Notes: generated by a model not told the origin, from the letters alone. Numbered from the stretch's first letter, positions 1 to 8,713 are shown. The stretch: DNA of 32,000 nucleotides from an uncultured Chloroflexia bacterium (GCA_963704755.1 OY969938.1:2910001-2942000); one strand, 5' to 3'. Made by a program: numbers and translations.

Positions 1-111
1 ACAGCCTGGTGAAACGAATCAAAAAGGTTGGCAGCTCCTAGGGGGCTGCCAACCCGTTTTCATCTTTCAGGTTGGAATGGAAACGATAGCGGGCTTATTG
101 GGGGAGCAGGC

Positions 112-444
112 TCAGGCAGCCTTCTCGAGCAGCACGGCCGTTCCGTAGCACAGCACTTCGGTGACGCCGTCCATGACGTCATTGGCATCATAACGTACAC
201 CCACGATGCCTTGAGCCCCCATCTGGGTGGCGTGCTGGAGCATGATGTCGTAGGCTTCCTGGCGGGCGTGTTCGCACAATTCGGTGAAGACGGTAATGTT
301 GCCGCCTACCAGCGTCTGCAAGCCGCCCACAAAATTGCCGACCACGCTCCGGGAGCGGACCGTGACCCCGCGCACCATGCCCAGGTTGCGGACGGTGCGA
401 TAGCCGGGGATATCGAAAGTTGTCGAGACGAATTCCGGATTCAT
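112..444 (-). CDS. YbjQ/UPF0145-family (putative heavy-metal-binding) small protein
   Basis: The translation MNPEFVSTTFDIPGYRTVRNLGMVRGVTVRSRS...GNITVFTELCEHARQEAYDIMLQHA...GIVGVRYD has the typical length and motif pattern of the YbjQ family. I prefer the ATG at 444 (AAAGGA upstream) to the TTG-extended ORF that ends at 474. Confidence 0.8.
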   Translation of the reverse strand: MNPEFVSTTFDIPGYRTVRNLGMVRGVTVRSRSVVGNFVGGLQTLVGGNITVFTELCEHARQEAYDIMLQHATQMGAQGIVGVRYDANDVMDGVTEVLCYGTAVLLEKAA

Positions 445-483
445 TAAATATCCTTTCTTATTGGGAGTACTCAAAGTTTGTTA

Positions 484-526
484 TTTTGTATACGGAAACG
501 GGCGAAACCCGTTTCCGTATACAAAA
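484..526. repeat. Perfect 19-bp-stem palindrome (TTTTGTATACGGAAACGGG-cgaaa-CCCGTTTCCGTATACAAAA) in the intergenic gap
   Basis: Read directly from the sequence. It lies between the YbjQ start and the HXXEE gene stop. The loop and apex resemble the dispersed hairpin family listed below. Confidence 0.8.
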
Positions 527-627
527 ACCGGACGGCTTTTTCGTACATCCTTCTCATTCAAGCGCATGATTTCTGTGAAAACAGGAAACAGAGAAGCGGA
601 CATTCCCCCGCACCCCGCCTGGGGACG

Positions 628-1248
628 CTAACGCTGCGAGGGGATCAGGAAGCGGGCCGGGAAGACGTAAGGCGTGTTCTCGTCTTTCAGCCAATCGATC
701 ATCTTGAGGATGCCGGCGACGTTCAGCGCCACCCCCAGGAGGATACCCACCAGCCAGTCCAGCGGCGTGGCGGCCTGCTGCCGGATCAGCGTGGTGAAGA
801 AGATCCCCACCAGGGGCAGGAACAGGACGATGGCCGTGAGCATACCCGGGTTGTAGCGGGTTTTGCCTTTGATGTTGAACAGGAAGGTGTGGGCGATAAA
901 GTTACCCAACGAGACCAGCAGCGTGGCGATGCCCAGCCACATGGCGCGCCCGGCCAGGATTGCCGCCAGGAAATAGGCCAGCCAGCCGACCCCCAGGTTG
1001 ACGACCAGGGCGATCTGCGGGTTGAGCGGGTAACGGTCCGGCCGGCGGCTGTGGAACATGACCACGTTCATCATGCCGGGGAAGTAACCCGGGTAGCGGT
1101 ATTCCTCGGCCTGGTGCAGAAAGAGCGTGATGAGACTTAGCCAGAGCAGCAAAGCCAGTCCGCCGGGACGGAAAAGCAGCACCCCGCCGGCGGTCAGGAG
1201 CGCCAGCCCCAGGCCAAGGTCGAACCAGTGGAATCGTAGGAAGGTCAT
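628..1248 (-). CDS. HXXEE domain-containing integral membrane protein
   Basis: 206-aa ORF with several hydrophobic helices and the motif LFLHQAEEYRYPGYFP (H-x-x-E-E). It has an ATG start. Confidence 0.75.
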   Translation of the reverse strand: MTFLRFHWFDLGLGLALLTAGGVLLFRPGGLALLLWLSLITLFLHQAEEYRYPGYFPGMMNVVMFHSRRPDRYPLNPQIALVVNLGVGWLAYFLAAILAGRAMWLGIATLLVSLGNFIAHTFLFNIKGKTRYNPGMLTAIVLFLPLVGIFFTTLIRQQAATPLDWLVGILLGVALNVAGILKMIDWLKDENTPYVFPARFLIPSQR

Positions 1249-1540
1249 ATGGGGATATTATACTTGGGGAAGAGGGGGTGGTGGGGAATGGGGAAAGGAA
1301 GAAATTGTGATATATGTGATAATTGAGGAATAACATGGTTTTTGTGCCTATTCAATTAATATTGGCTTGACGGTTAGAAAAATATATTTTATTTTGTGGG
1401 CAATTTATTCACTCGATTTAATCACCTGGAGAAAGTATGTTTCTTTGCGGTTTATATTATTTAGGCTTGTTATCGTTACAATAATAAAAGCTGATTTGAA
1501 ATATACAGAAGAAAAATATAATTGGGTAATAGGGGAATAA

Positions 1541-2386
1541 ATGGATTCGCAAATTACGCATAAATTGATCATTCTTTTTGATAGAAATCAAATAGACATA
1601 AGTCAACTAGATGATTTTGCCAGGAAAACTTTTAAAAATGAAGTGACTACACATGTTGGCCTTACAGGGGACAATAACGTTGAGATCACCATTGAAGGAT
1701 CTCTAGAGGCTGTTGATGAAAGCCACAATAGAATTTCGAAAGATTTTATTGAAAGGAAACATTTAAGTTCGTTTCGACTGAAAGATACGGCCGGAGATGA
1801 AATTCGTTTTAAGGCATATCCTATCCTCTCCACAATTGAACAAGAATTAAGATCTTTTATTAATCATTGTTTGATTGACGCACTAGGGTTTACTTGGTGG
1901 GCTTCATTGGGGGAAATCACTTTACCCGGAGTCATAACGCCTCTTCCACAAAGAAGCTATCACCCATTGGAGTTTATGTCCATTGAGCAACTTATCGACT
2001 TTGTAACTTTTGAAAAAGCTGAATGGGACGAAGAAAGTCCATTTCTCTTAAAAGATTTAATTACGGTATTAGAAAAATCTAAATCTTTCGATAATTTCCG
2101 AATACACATTCAACAAAAAGTTCATAAAATATCGTTATGGCAAGATGTGTTTTCGAAATATCTTAATGTCGATAAAGATTCTTGGCAGCAATTTAGAAGC
2201 AAGGACCTAAAATTTATTGTGGATTTGAGAAATCGGGTAATGCATTATCGGCCAGTGCACTTGAATGAATTATCAGCTTTGGAAGAAAAGCAAACGAAAA
2301 TTTTTGGGCTTATTGCATCGGCCAGGTCTTCCTTATCTGATGAAGAGAAGAACGAAATAGCAAGATTTAACAAAACAAATTCGTGA
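1541..2386 (+). CDS. Swt1-like HEPN domain protein (predicted RNase effector) with an uncharacterised N-terminal domain of about 90 aa
   Basis: 281-aa ORF in the AT-rich island. Helix-1-type motif STIEQELRSFINHCLIDALGFTWW. C-terminal Rx4H motif DLRNRVMHYRP (R230-H235, nt 2228-2245). AGGGGA lies upstream of the ATG. Confidence 0.65.
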   Translation: MDSQITHKLIILFDRNQIDISQLDDFARKTFKNEVTTHVGLTGDNNVEITIEGSLEAVDESHNRISKDFIERKHLSSFRLKDTAGDEIRFKAYPILSTIEQELRSFINHCLIDALGFTWWASLGEITLPGVITPLPQRSYHPLEFMSIEQLIDFVTFEKAEWDEESPFLLKDLITVLEKSKSFDNFRIHIQQKVHKISLWQDVFSKYLNVDKDSWQQFRSKDLKFIVDLRNRVMHYRPVHLNELSALEEKQTKIFGLIASARSSLSDEEKNEIARFNKTNS

Positions 2387-2399
2387 TGTTTATGCAGAA

Positions 2400-4142
2400 A
2401 TGATCTATGAATATTCTGAAAAAGATCCGTATTCGGAGTTTTATCGAAATCTGCGAAAAACCCACAATCCCTCGGTGATAATTAAGTTGCTTTCCGAGAT
2501 AGACGTATTTCAAATAAGTGGGACGATTTCCGAAAAAGAAAGTTTAGAGTTAAGGGCAATCGCATTTAATCAACTTCGAGAAATTGCTGATAATCAATTA
2601 GAGCAAACCCAAAATATTATCCTTAACGAACTGTTGCCTTTAAGTTTGCAAGACGATGAGGATTTGCGTAGTCAATACCGTAGTTTTAGAGAGATTCTTT
2701 CAAAATGGATCGAAGAGCATTCACAAGAAGATATGGAATTTCTTCGAAACGAAATAATAAAAATGCTCATTCCGTTGATTGGTGGGGATAAACATAAGCC
2801 CGTTTGTTGGCTAATTTCAACAATTGGATATGGAAATCCAAATCTATATAAAGAACTTTGGAATCATGCAATTGCCTGGAATAATGAAAATGGTGATTTG
2901 TCACTTTCAACATTGTCTTGGATTGGTTTATCCATTGAACAAAAGAAAATTGTTTCGGAAGAACTTCACAAGCGTTCCGAGGAACGCTTTAATAATCATC
3001 TTGCATTTGCAATTGCGCGTCTTAAAGATACGGAGAGCATAAAAAAAATTATCTCAAATTGGTTAGAACGAAAAGGTCGCAAGACCTTAAATGTTGATGT
3101 ATCGCTTGCCTTTACAGCAATTCGAGAAATAATAGATTCCTTTGATAGCGATTTTATACTTCAGGATTATGTTTGGCATAATATGGTTGAATTGATCAAT
3201 TCCGAACCTAAAGAATTGTTTTGGAATTTTAACATTGGACACATTTTTGAATCATGCAATAGTTTCGAAGTAATACCCACTATATTTAATTGGATTGCTG
3301 AGAAAAAAGACTGGTTTGAGAACCCCAATTGGACGCTTTATCTTATGGAATTAAGAGCACAAAGCTGTATAAAACCAAGGCAGTTAGAAGGTTGGCATCA
3401 AATTAATAATGATCATTTCTTTGAACTTCTTAAATCGCAAGTAACAATAAACACTGATAACGATAGTTTCGCTTCATCTCAAGAAGAAATTGCAAAAGAA
3501 AATGCGTGGAAAACTTTACTGTATGCTGGATATGAACCTGCTTTACAATTGTTTGACCAAGTTGTTTCGAATGAAAGGGGGCGTTTCATTCGTGGAAGAA
3601 TAATGAAATATTTAGAATGTTTTCGCTATGAGTCATTACCCCAAAAAGTTGTTGATTGGGTCACAGAAACTTATGATGAACCAAAAACACAAGACGGAAG
3701 AGAATTATCTTTTCGTATAGAAGCAATTCACATGGCGAAGAGTGCTTCAACAATAGAAGCTTTTGACGTGCTTCTAAATTTTGGTTTAACAGTTGAAGGA
3801 CAGGTACTTGACGAGACAGTAAAAGCAATATCAACGGTGGCAATAACTTTACTCAGTCAAGGGAATACCGAGGTTATTAATAAGCTTTTTACCTTTACAA
3901 CTGAAAGTCAAGTCGTTCGTCAACGAATGGCCTGTACTTATGTTTTGGCCAGAATTGCTTCTTTCTCCGATTATAAAGAGCTATTCTTGCGATATATAAA
4001 CAGTTTTTTATCAATGTTAGATGATGAAAATCGTTCTCCAATTGAACATGAGCAAATTATACGAATATTAGATCGGTGTGCTGACTGGAACATTCCAGAT
4101 AATCTGATTTCCAAATTAAAGCTTGTGGGCTCACGAACCTAA
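2400..4142 (+). CDS. Large all-alpha repeat protein (HEAT/ARM-like), function unknown
   Basis: 580-aa ORF starting 13 nt after ORF1 ends. The composition is helix-rich. C-terminal segments resemble PBS-lyase-type HEAT repeats (SFRIEAIHMAKSASTIEAFDVLL, VVRQRMACTYVLARIAS). I saw no Walker A or other catalytic motif. Confidence 0.6.
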   Translation: MIYEYSEKDPYSEFYRNLRKTHNPSVIIKLLSEIDVFQISGTISEKESLELRAIAFNQLREIADNQLEQTQNIILNELLPLSLQDDEDLRSQYRSFREILSKWIEEHSQEDMEFLRNEIIKMLIPLIGGDKHKPVCWLISTIGYGNPNLYKELWNHAIAWNNENGDLSLSTLSWIGLSIEQKKIVSEELHKRSEERFNNHLAFAIARLKDTESIKKIISNWLERKGRKTLNVDVSLAFTAIREIIDSFDSDFILQDYVWHNMVELINSEPKELFWNFNIGHIFESCNSFEVIPTIFNWIAEKKDWFENPNWTLYLMELRAQSCIKPRQLEGWHQINNDHFFELLKSQVTINTDNDSFASSQEEIAKENAWKTLLYAGYEPALQLFDQVVSNERGRFIRGRIMKYLECFRYESLPQKVVDWVTETYDEPKTQDGRELSFRIEAIHMAKSASTIEAFDVLLNFGLTVEGQVLDETVKAISTVAITLLSQGNTEVINKLFTFTTESQVVRQRMACTYVLARIASFSDYKELFLRYINSFLSMLDDENRSPIEHEQIIRILDRCADWNIPDNLISKLKLVGSRT

Positions 4143-5475
4143 CGATCGAGTAGGCGGGGCTAGTTTGGAGTTTTTAGCCAATCATGGTTACTTAGAAAAA
4201 GATGTAAGTATGATGTCTGAAATCATGGGATTAGAAAGGAAAGGCGCTTATTGGGAAGTAACCAGGAAAGTAGAGTTAGATTGGTTTTCATATACAATCG
4301 GGATTCTTTACGATCGGGATTCGGATGCCTTCACCTCTGTAATATGTTCTATTATTTCAGGTAATGAATGGCAATCTGTGTTTCAAATAATTCATTCTCT
4401 TGTTTTTGCTCACAGAGAAAAAGGGAAAAAAGAGTTACCTCGATCTATTGCTGAAGCAATAATTGCAAGAATGGAAAATTTTTCTGCTTTCTATTCAGAA
4501 ACAGAATTATTCGATTTCCTTGGAGAGTTAGCACCAGTTATTCTAATTGACTCGATAAGTAAAATAGATGTTTCTAAATGGATGCCAGATGCACGTGTTG
4601 CTTTAGCAAATACTCTGGGAAGAATCAATTTGCATTCAGTACCAGAAACCGAAATTATGACCTTATTAAAATCTTTAACTGAAGATGAATTGTATCCGGT
4701 CAGACGTGCTGCATATAGGGGAATTTCTAGACAATTGCCAGTACGTCTGCATGCTCTTATTCAATCGTGGTCAGAATCGCCAATATTAGCTCTTGTACAA
4801 AGAGCAGCAGAGGCTATAGGATGGGCTGAGACGAACGAAGACGAGGATAGCCAAAAAATACTGACTGATTTAATCGAGAAATTTATAAGCCACCCTGAAC
4901 GAAAAATTCGTGAAGAGATCGAACGTGCTCAGAGTGAACATCGAAAGAGAATTTGGGCAAAAGAATATTTACAAAAGATTCTTGACGTACAAGAAGGGAC
5001 TAACCAAGAAATACTGCAAAATTGGTGTTTTGGAGAAGCATTAAGTCAAATAGGAGATGATGAATGTCTGGATATTTTATATAAACATATTATGAAAGTG
5101 TCATTACCCAATGTCGCCTATTGGCTTGGACGAATATACAGAAACCTTAATGACAACTGGAGAAAAATCACTCTTAAGTGGCCTGACCCATGGTTAGATA
5201 TGAGAGGTACTCTTGAAAAGGGAGAGGGTAAATTTATTTACAATCATGAAAAAAGTGTTGCTGTACAATATTCGATTTGGTATTCTCCCGCTACAACCCC
5301 AGATGAAAAGCATTCTTGGGGGGGAGTAATGACAGTACAAGATATGGAATTGCTAATTAGTTTTAAATCAGGCCAACTTGAGGTAAGTGATGGAAGGAGA
5401 GGAGAGGTCGTTATTACTAGAATCCAAGGCAATATTTCTGTGTTTTTAGGAAATGGACTTTTTCCAGCTCCGTAA
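4123..5475 (+). CDS. HEAT (PBS-lyase-like) repeat protein with a C-terminal non-repeat, beta-rich domain
   Basis: 450-aa ORF from a TTG at 4123 that overlaps the ORF2 stop (alternative ATG at 4210). HEAT-like units are spaced about 31-35 aa apart: DARVALANTLGRI, YPVRRAAYRGISRQ, LALVQRAAEAIGWA, CFGEALSQIGDDECL. The start is uncertain, and it may be one gene with ORF2 (see findings). Confidence 0.6.
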   Translation: MWAHEPNDRVGGASLEFLANHGYLEKDVSMMSEIMGLERKGAYWEVTRKVELDWFSYTIGILYDRDSDAFTSVICSIISGNEWQSVFQIIHSLVFAHREKGKKELPRSIAEAIIARMENFSAFYSETELFDFLGELAPVILIDSISKIDVSKWMPDARVALANTLGRINLHSVPETEIMTLLKSLTEDELYPVRRAAYRGISRQLPVRLHALIQSWSESPILALVQRAAEAIGWAETNEDEDSQKILTDLIEKFISHPERKIREEIERAQSEHRKRIWAKEYLQKILDVQEGTNQEILQNWCFGEALSQIGDDECLDILYKHIMKVSLPNVAYWLGRIYRNLNDNWRKITLKWPDPWLDMRGTLEKGEGKFIYNHEKSVAVQYSIWYSPATTPDEKHSWGGVMTVQDMELLISFKSGQLEVSDGRRGEVVITRIQGNISVFLGNGLFPAP

Positions 5476-5513
5476 TTAAACGCATTCACATACTGAGACT
5501 TTACTGAATTAAA

Positions 5514-6226
5514 AAAGATGGTGGGTTACGGGCAAGGTTAGGGATGTCCTGCCGTCCGGCGATCCGCCGGTGTTATCAATGGGCCTTGCACCCACCCTAC
5601 GGCATTGCAATGTCGACGTAGGGTGGGTGCAGGGGCGGTGCACCTGGATTCGCCGTTTTGCTATTACCGCCCCGTAACCCACCGAAGGGATGTAACCTGG
5701 TTATTCACAGGCGTAAACGTAAAGATGGTGGGTTACGGGCAAGGTTGGGGATATCAGGCTGGCCGGTGATCCACCTGTGTTATCGATGAGCCCTGCACCC
5801 ACCCTACGGTATGCAATGTCTATGTAGGGTGGGTGCAGGGGCGGTGCACCTGGATTCTCCGTTTTGCAATTACCCCGCCCCGTAACCCACCGCTGGGCTG
5901 CAAACCGCTTGCTAAAATAGGCACATATAAAGATGGTGGGTTACGGGCAAGGTTGGGGAAATCAAGCCGGCCGGTGATTCGCCGGTGTTATCAATGGGCC
6001 CTGCACCTACCCTACGGCATTGCAATGTCGACGTAGGGTGGGTGCAGGGGCGGTATACCTGGATTCTCCGTTTTGCAATTATCCCGCCCCGTAACCCACC
6101 GGTAGGTCGAAAATCGGTTATTCAAAAACGTAAACGCGAAGATGGTGGGTGCAGGGCAAGGTTAGGAAAATCAAACCGGCCGGTGATCCGCCGGTGGTAT
6201 CGATGAGCCCTGCACCCACCCTACGG
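5514..6226. repeat. REP family A array: 3.5 units with a period of about 207-210 bp
   Basis: Units start at about 5514, 5721, 5929 and 6139 with AAAGATGGTGGGTTACGGGCAAGGTT. Each full unit has outer arms GGTGGGTTACGGG / CCCGTAACCCACC. Its inner inverted pair is CCCTGCACCCACCCTACG ... CGTAGGGTGGGTGCAGGG. Confidence 0.9.
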
Positions 6227-6252
6227 TTGTTGCAATCCGGCGGGATTAACCC

Positions 6253-6825
6253 TTAGGGAACCTCGAACCCTGCCGTATTGCCCGATGCCGGTCTGGCTAT
6301 TTCTGCCTCGTAATCTCCCCCCCACGCCTTATCGTAATACCCCATCGCCACGTAGCGGTGAAAGCTCGACCAGGGCCAATCGACCACCGCTTTAACCAGG
6401 CCGTGTTTGACCGGGTTGTAATGGATGTATTCGATATGCCGTTTCAGGTCCTGCCAATCGTAAATGGTATGTTCCCAATACCGGCGCTGCCAAACTCCAA
6501 CTTCACCCTTTTGGGCTTTGGAAAGGCTGATTTCTCCAGCCAGACCACCGTTTCGTAAATAGGCCTTGCTGAACGAGGTTTTAATCTTTTTCCATCGCCC
6601 AGGGTAATCGTGGTCCCCTTCGGGCAGGGTCCAAATACAATGCAGGTGTTCGGGCAATAAACTTATCGCATTGATTTCGAAAGGATGTTCCTTTTGAGTA
6701 TCGACTATGGCTTCTTTTAATAATTGCCGTGCCAGCGGTTCAACAAAGATCGTACGGCGCTGGTTCGTAATCAGGGTAAAAAAGAAGGTTCCTCCTGGAA
6801 TAAAGGCTCGACGATATTCTGGCAT
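6253..6825 (-). CDS. REP-associated tyrosine transposase (RAYT; IS200/IS605-like Y1 HUH transposase family)
   Basis: 190 aa. HUH motif LPEHLHCIW (HLH at nt 6640-6648). WQRRYWEH and the C-terminal Tyr motif EYIHYNPVKHGLV are typical of RAYT/TnpA(REP). Confidence 0.88.
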   Translation of the reverse strand: MPEYRRAFIPGGTFFFTLITNQRRTIFVEPLARQLLKEAIVDTQKEHPFEINAISLLPEHLHCIWTLPEGDHDYPGRWKKIKTSFSKAYLRNGGLAGEISLSKAQKGEVGVWQRRYWEHTIYDWQDLKRHIEYIHYNPVKHGLVKAVVDWPWSSFHRYVAMGYYDKAWGGDYEAEIARPASGNTAGFEVP

Positions 6826-6859
6826 TTAATAATTGTATAGTCATATGCCAAAGACAGGG

Positions 6860-7189
6860 CTGTAACCCGGTTATTCACATGCATAAACGTAAAGATGGTG
6901 GGTTACGGGCAAAGCCTGGATTGTCAAGCCGGCCGGTGATCCACCGGCGCTATTGAGGAGCCCTGCACCCACTCTACGGCCTTGCAATGCCGATGTAGGG
7001 TGGGTGCAGGGGCGATACCTTATGTGACGCTGGTGAGCAATCACCCCGCCCCGTAACCCACCGGTTGGCTGAAACCCACTTGCTAAAATGGGCACATATA
7101 AAGATGGTGGGTTACGGGCGGGGTTGGGGATGCCAAGCCAACCGGTAATCCGCCGGCATTATCGACGAGCCCTGCACCCACCCTACAGG
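6860..7189. repeat. REP family A array: 1.5 units on the other side of the RAYT gene
   Basis: It has the same AAAGATGGTGGGTTACGGGC ... CCCTGCACCCAC(C/T)CTACGG ... TGTAGGGTGGGTGCAGGGGC ... CCCCGTAACCCACC architecture as 5514-6226, including the same two alternating spacer types. Confidence 0.9.
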
Positions 7190-7327
7190 CTAACAGCTAC
7201 CCGCTAACCGCTCCCTGGTTACCAAACTGTAACCGCGGCGAAACCGGGCTGAAACCTGGCTTCAGTACACTGGGGGAGATGTGAAAATCCAGGGATCGCC
7301 TGGAAATCTTCATTCCCGGAGGAACTC

Positions 7328-8709
7328 ATGAAGCGTTGGTTCATCACCGGCGGTATCGTTGTAGCGATTGTTTTAGTGGGCGCCATGGGCTGGGTAGGCT
7401 ACAGCTCGACCCAGGCCCAGGCCACCCCACCCCCCGCGCCGCCTACCACTCCTGTATCGGTCTGCGACGTCCAGCAGACCATTGATTCGCCCGGAAGCGT
7501 GGTCAACACCCGGGTGGAAAGCATCCAGATGCCGGCCAACGGCAGCCTGGCCGATATCCTGGTCAGCCCGGGCGACACGGTCAGCGCCGGGCAAGTACTG
7601 GCCCGCCTGGCCGACCCGGACGCCCTCTCGGCCGCCCTGGCCGACGCGCACGTCAAGCTCTTACAGGCCCAGCGCGACCTGCAAGACGTCACCGATCAGG
7701 CGCCGGTCAAAACGGCTCAGGCCTACCAGGCCCTTCTGGACGCCCAAAAAGCGCTGCAAACCGCCCAGACCCACCGCTTGAGCAAGTCGTACCAACGCGC
7801 CTCGCAAAACACCATCGACATTGCTTACGCCAACATGATTATCGCGAAAGATGCCCTGAAAAAAGCTCAGGACATTTACAACGCCAACAAAGGCCGCGAT
7901 AAAGACGACCCGAACTTTGCCAACGCGCTCAGCCATATGGCCGCCGCCCAGTCCAATTACGACCGCTTGAAAGCCAATTACGACTACCTGAACGGCAACC
8001 CGGACCAGATGGAGATCGACCAGGCCGATGTGGCTATCCAGATCGCCCAGGCCCAACTGCAGGTAGCCCAATCCGATTGGGACCGGGTTAAGGACGGGCC
8101 GGATGCATTGGCGCTCCAGCAGGCCCAGGCTAACGTGGACCTGGCCGATGCCCAGTACAAGGTGGCTCAGGCGGCCAACGACTCGATCGAGATCAAGGCG
8201 CCTTTTGCCGGTGTAATTGGTGAAGTGGATGCCAAAGTCGGCGACGACATCCCCGCTTCGACCACCCTGTTTACCCTCATCGACCCAACTTCGATAGAGG
8301 TGCAGGGCAGCGTCACCGAAGAGGATTACCCCTACGTGTCGGTGGGCCAGCCGGCCGGCATGTACTTCGATGCCTTGCCCGACCTGAACATCACCGGCAA
8401 GGTGACCGGCATCGTCCCGCAACGGCTCTCGGGTAACAGCCCCACTTACCTGGTACGCTTCTCGCTCGATAGCGTGCCCGACAAACTGGTGGACGGCATG
8501 ACCTCCGACGCGACCATCGTCATCGACCAGCGCCAGGGCGTACTGTGCCTGCCGCGCTCGTTGATCCACACCTCCGGCGGCGACAAGGCCCAGGTGAGTG
8601 TTTGGAACGGCACCTCGGTCAGCGAACGCCAGATCACCGTTGGGCTGCGCGGCGATTCGAACGTGGAAATCCTGGACGGGTTGCAAAAGGGCGAAGAAGT
8701 GGTCACCCA

Positions 8710-8713
<4 letters not shown>
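7328..8713 (+). CDS. HlyD/MacA-family periplasmic adaptor (membrane fusion protein)
   Basis: 461 aa with an N-terminal TM anchor, a long Q/A-rich coiled-coil segment, the lipoyl/beta-barrel hallmark IKAPFAGVIGEV, and a GGAGG RBS. Confidence 0.85.

Larger units (their letters stand above)
5514..7189. mobile_element. REPtron: RAYT gene flanked by its REP/BIME-like arrays
   Basis: An IS200-like Y1 transposase gene (6253-6825) has 3.5 repeat units on its left (5514-6226) and 1.5 units on its right (6860-7189), all of the same nested palindromic element. Confidence 0.8.

Noticed and set aside
1250-5513. Integrase, tRNA attachment site or flanking direct repeats that would define the AT-rich island as a classical genomic island or prophage remnant
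   Set aside because: I looked on both flanks and found none. The only mobility-related gene nearby is the RAYT, which is not known to move cargo genes. The island is therefore reported on composition and content only.
5833-7095. ORFs 5833-6036, 5985-6206 and 6871-7095 inside the REP arrays
   Set aside because: They lie entirely within palindromic REP units and give repetitive translations. The true gene here is the RAYT at 6253-6825.
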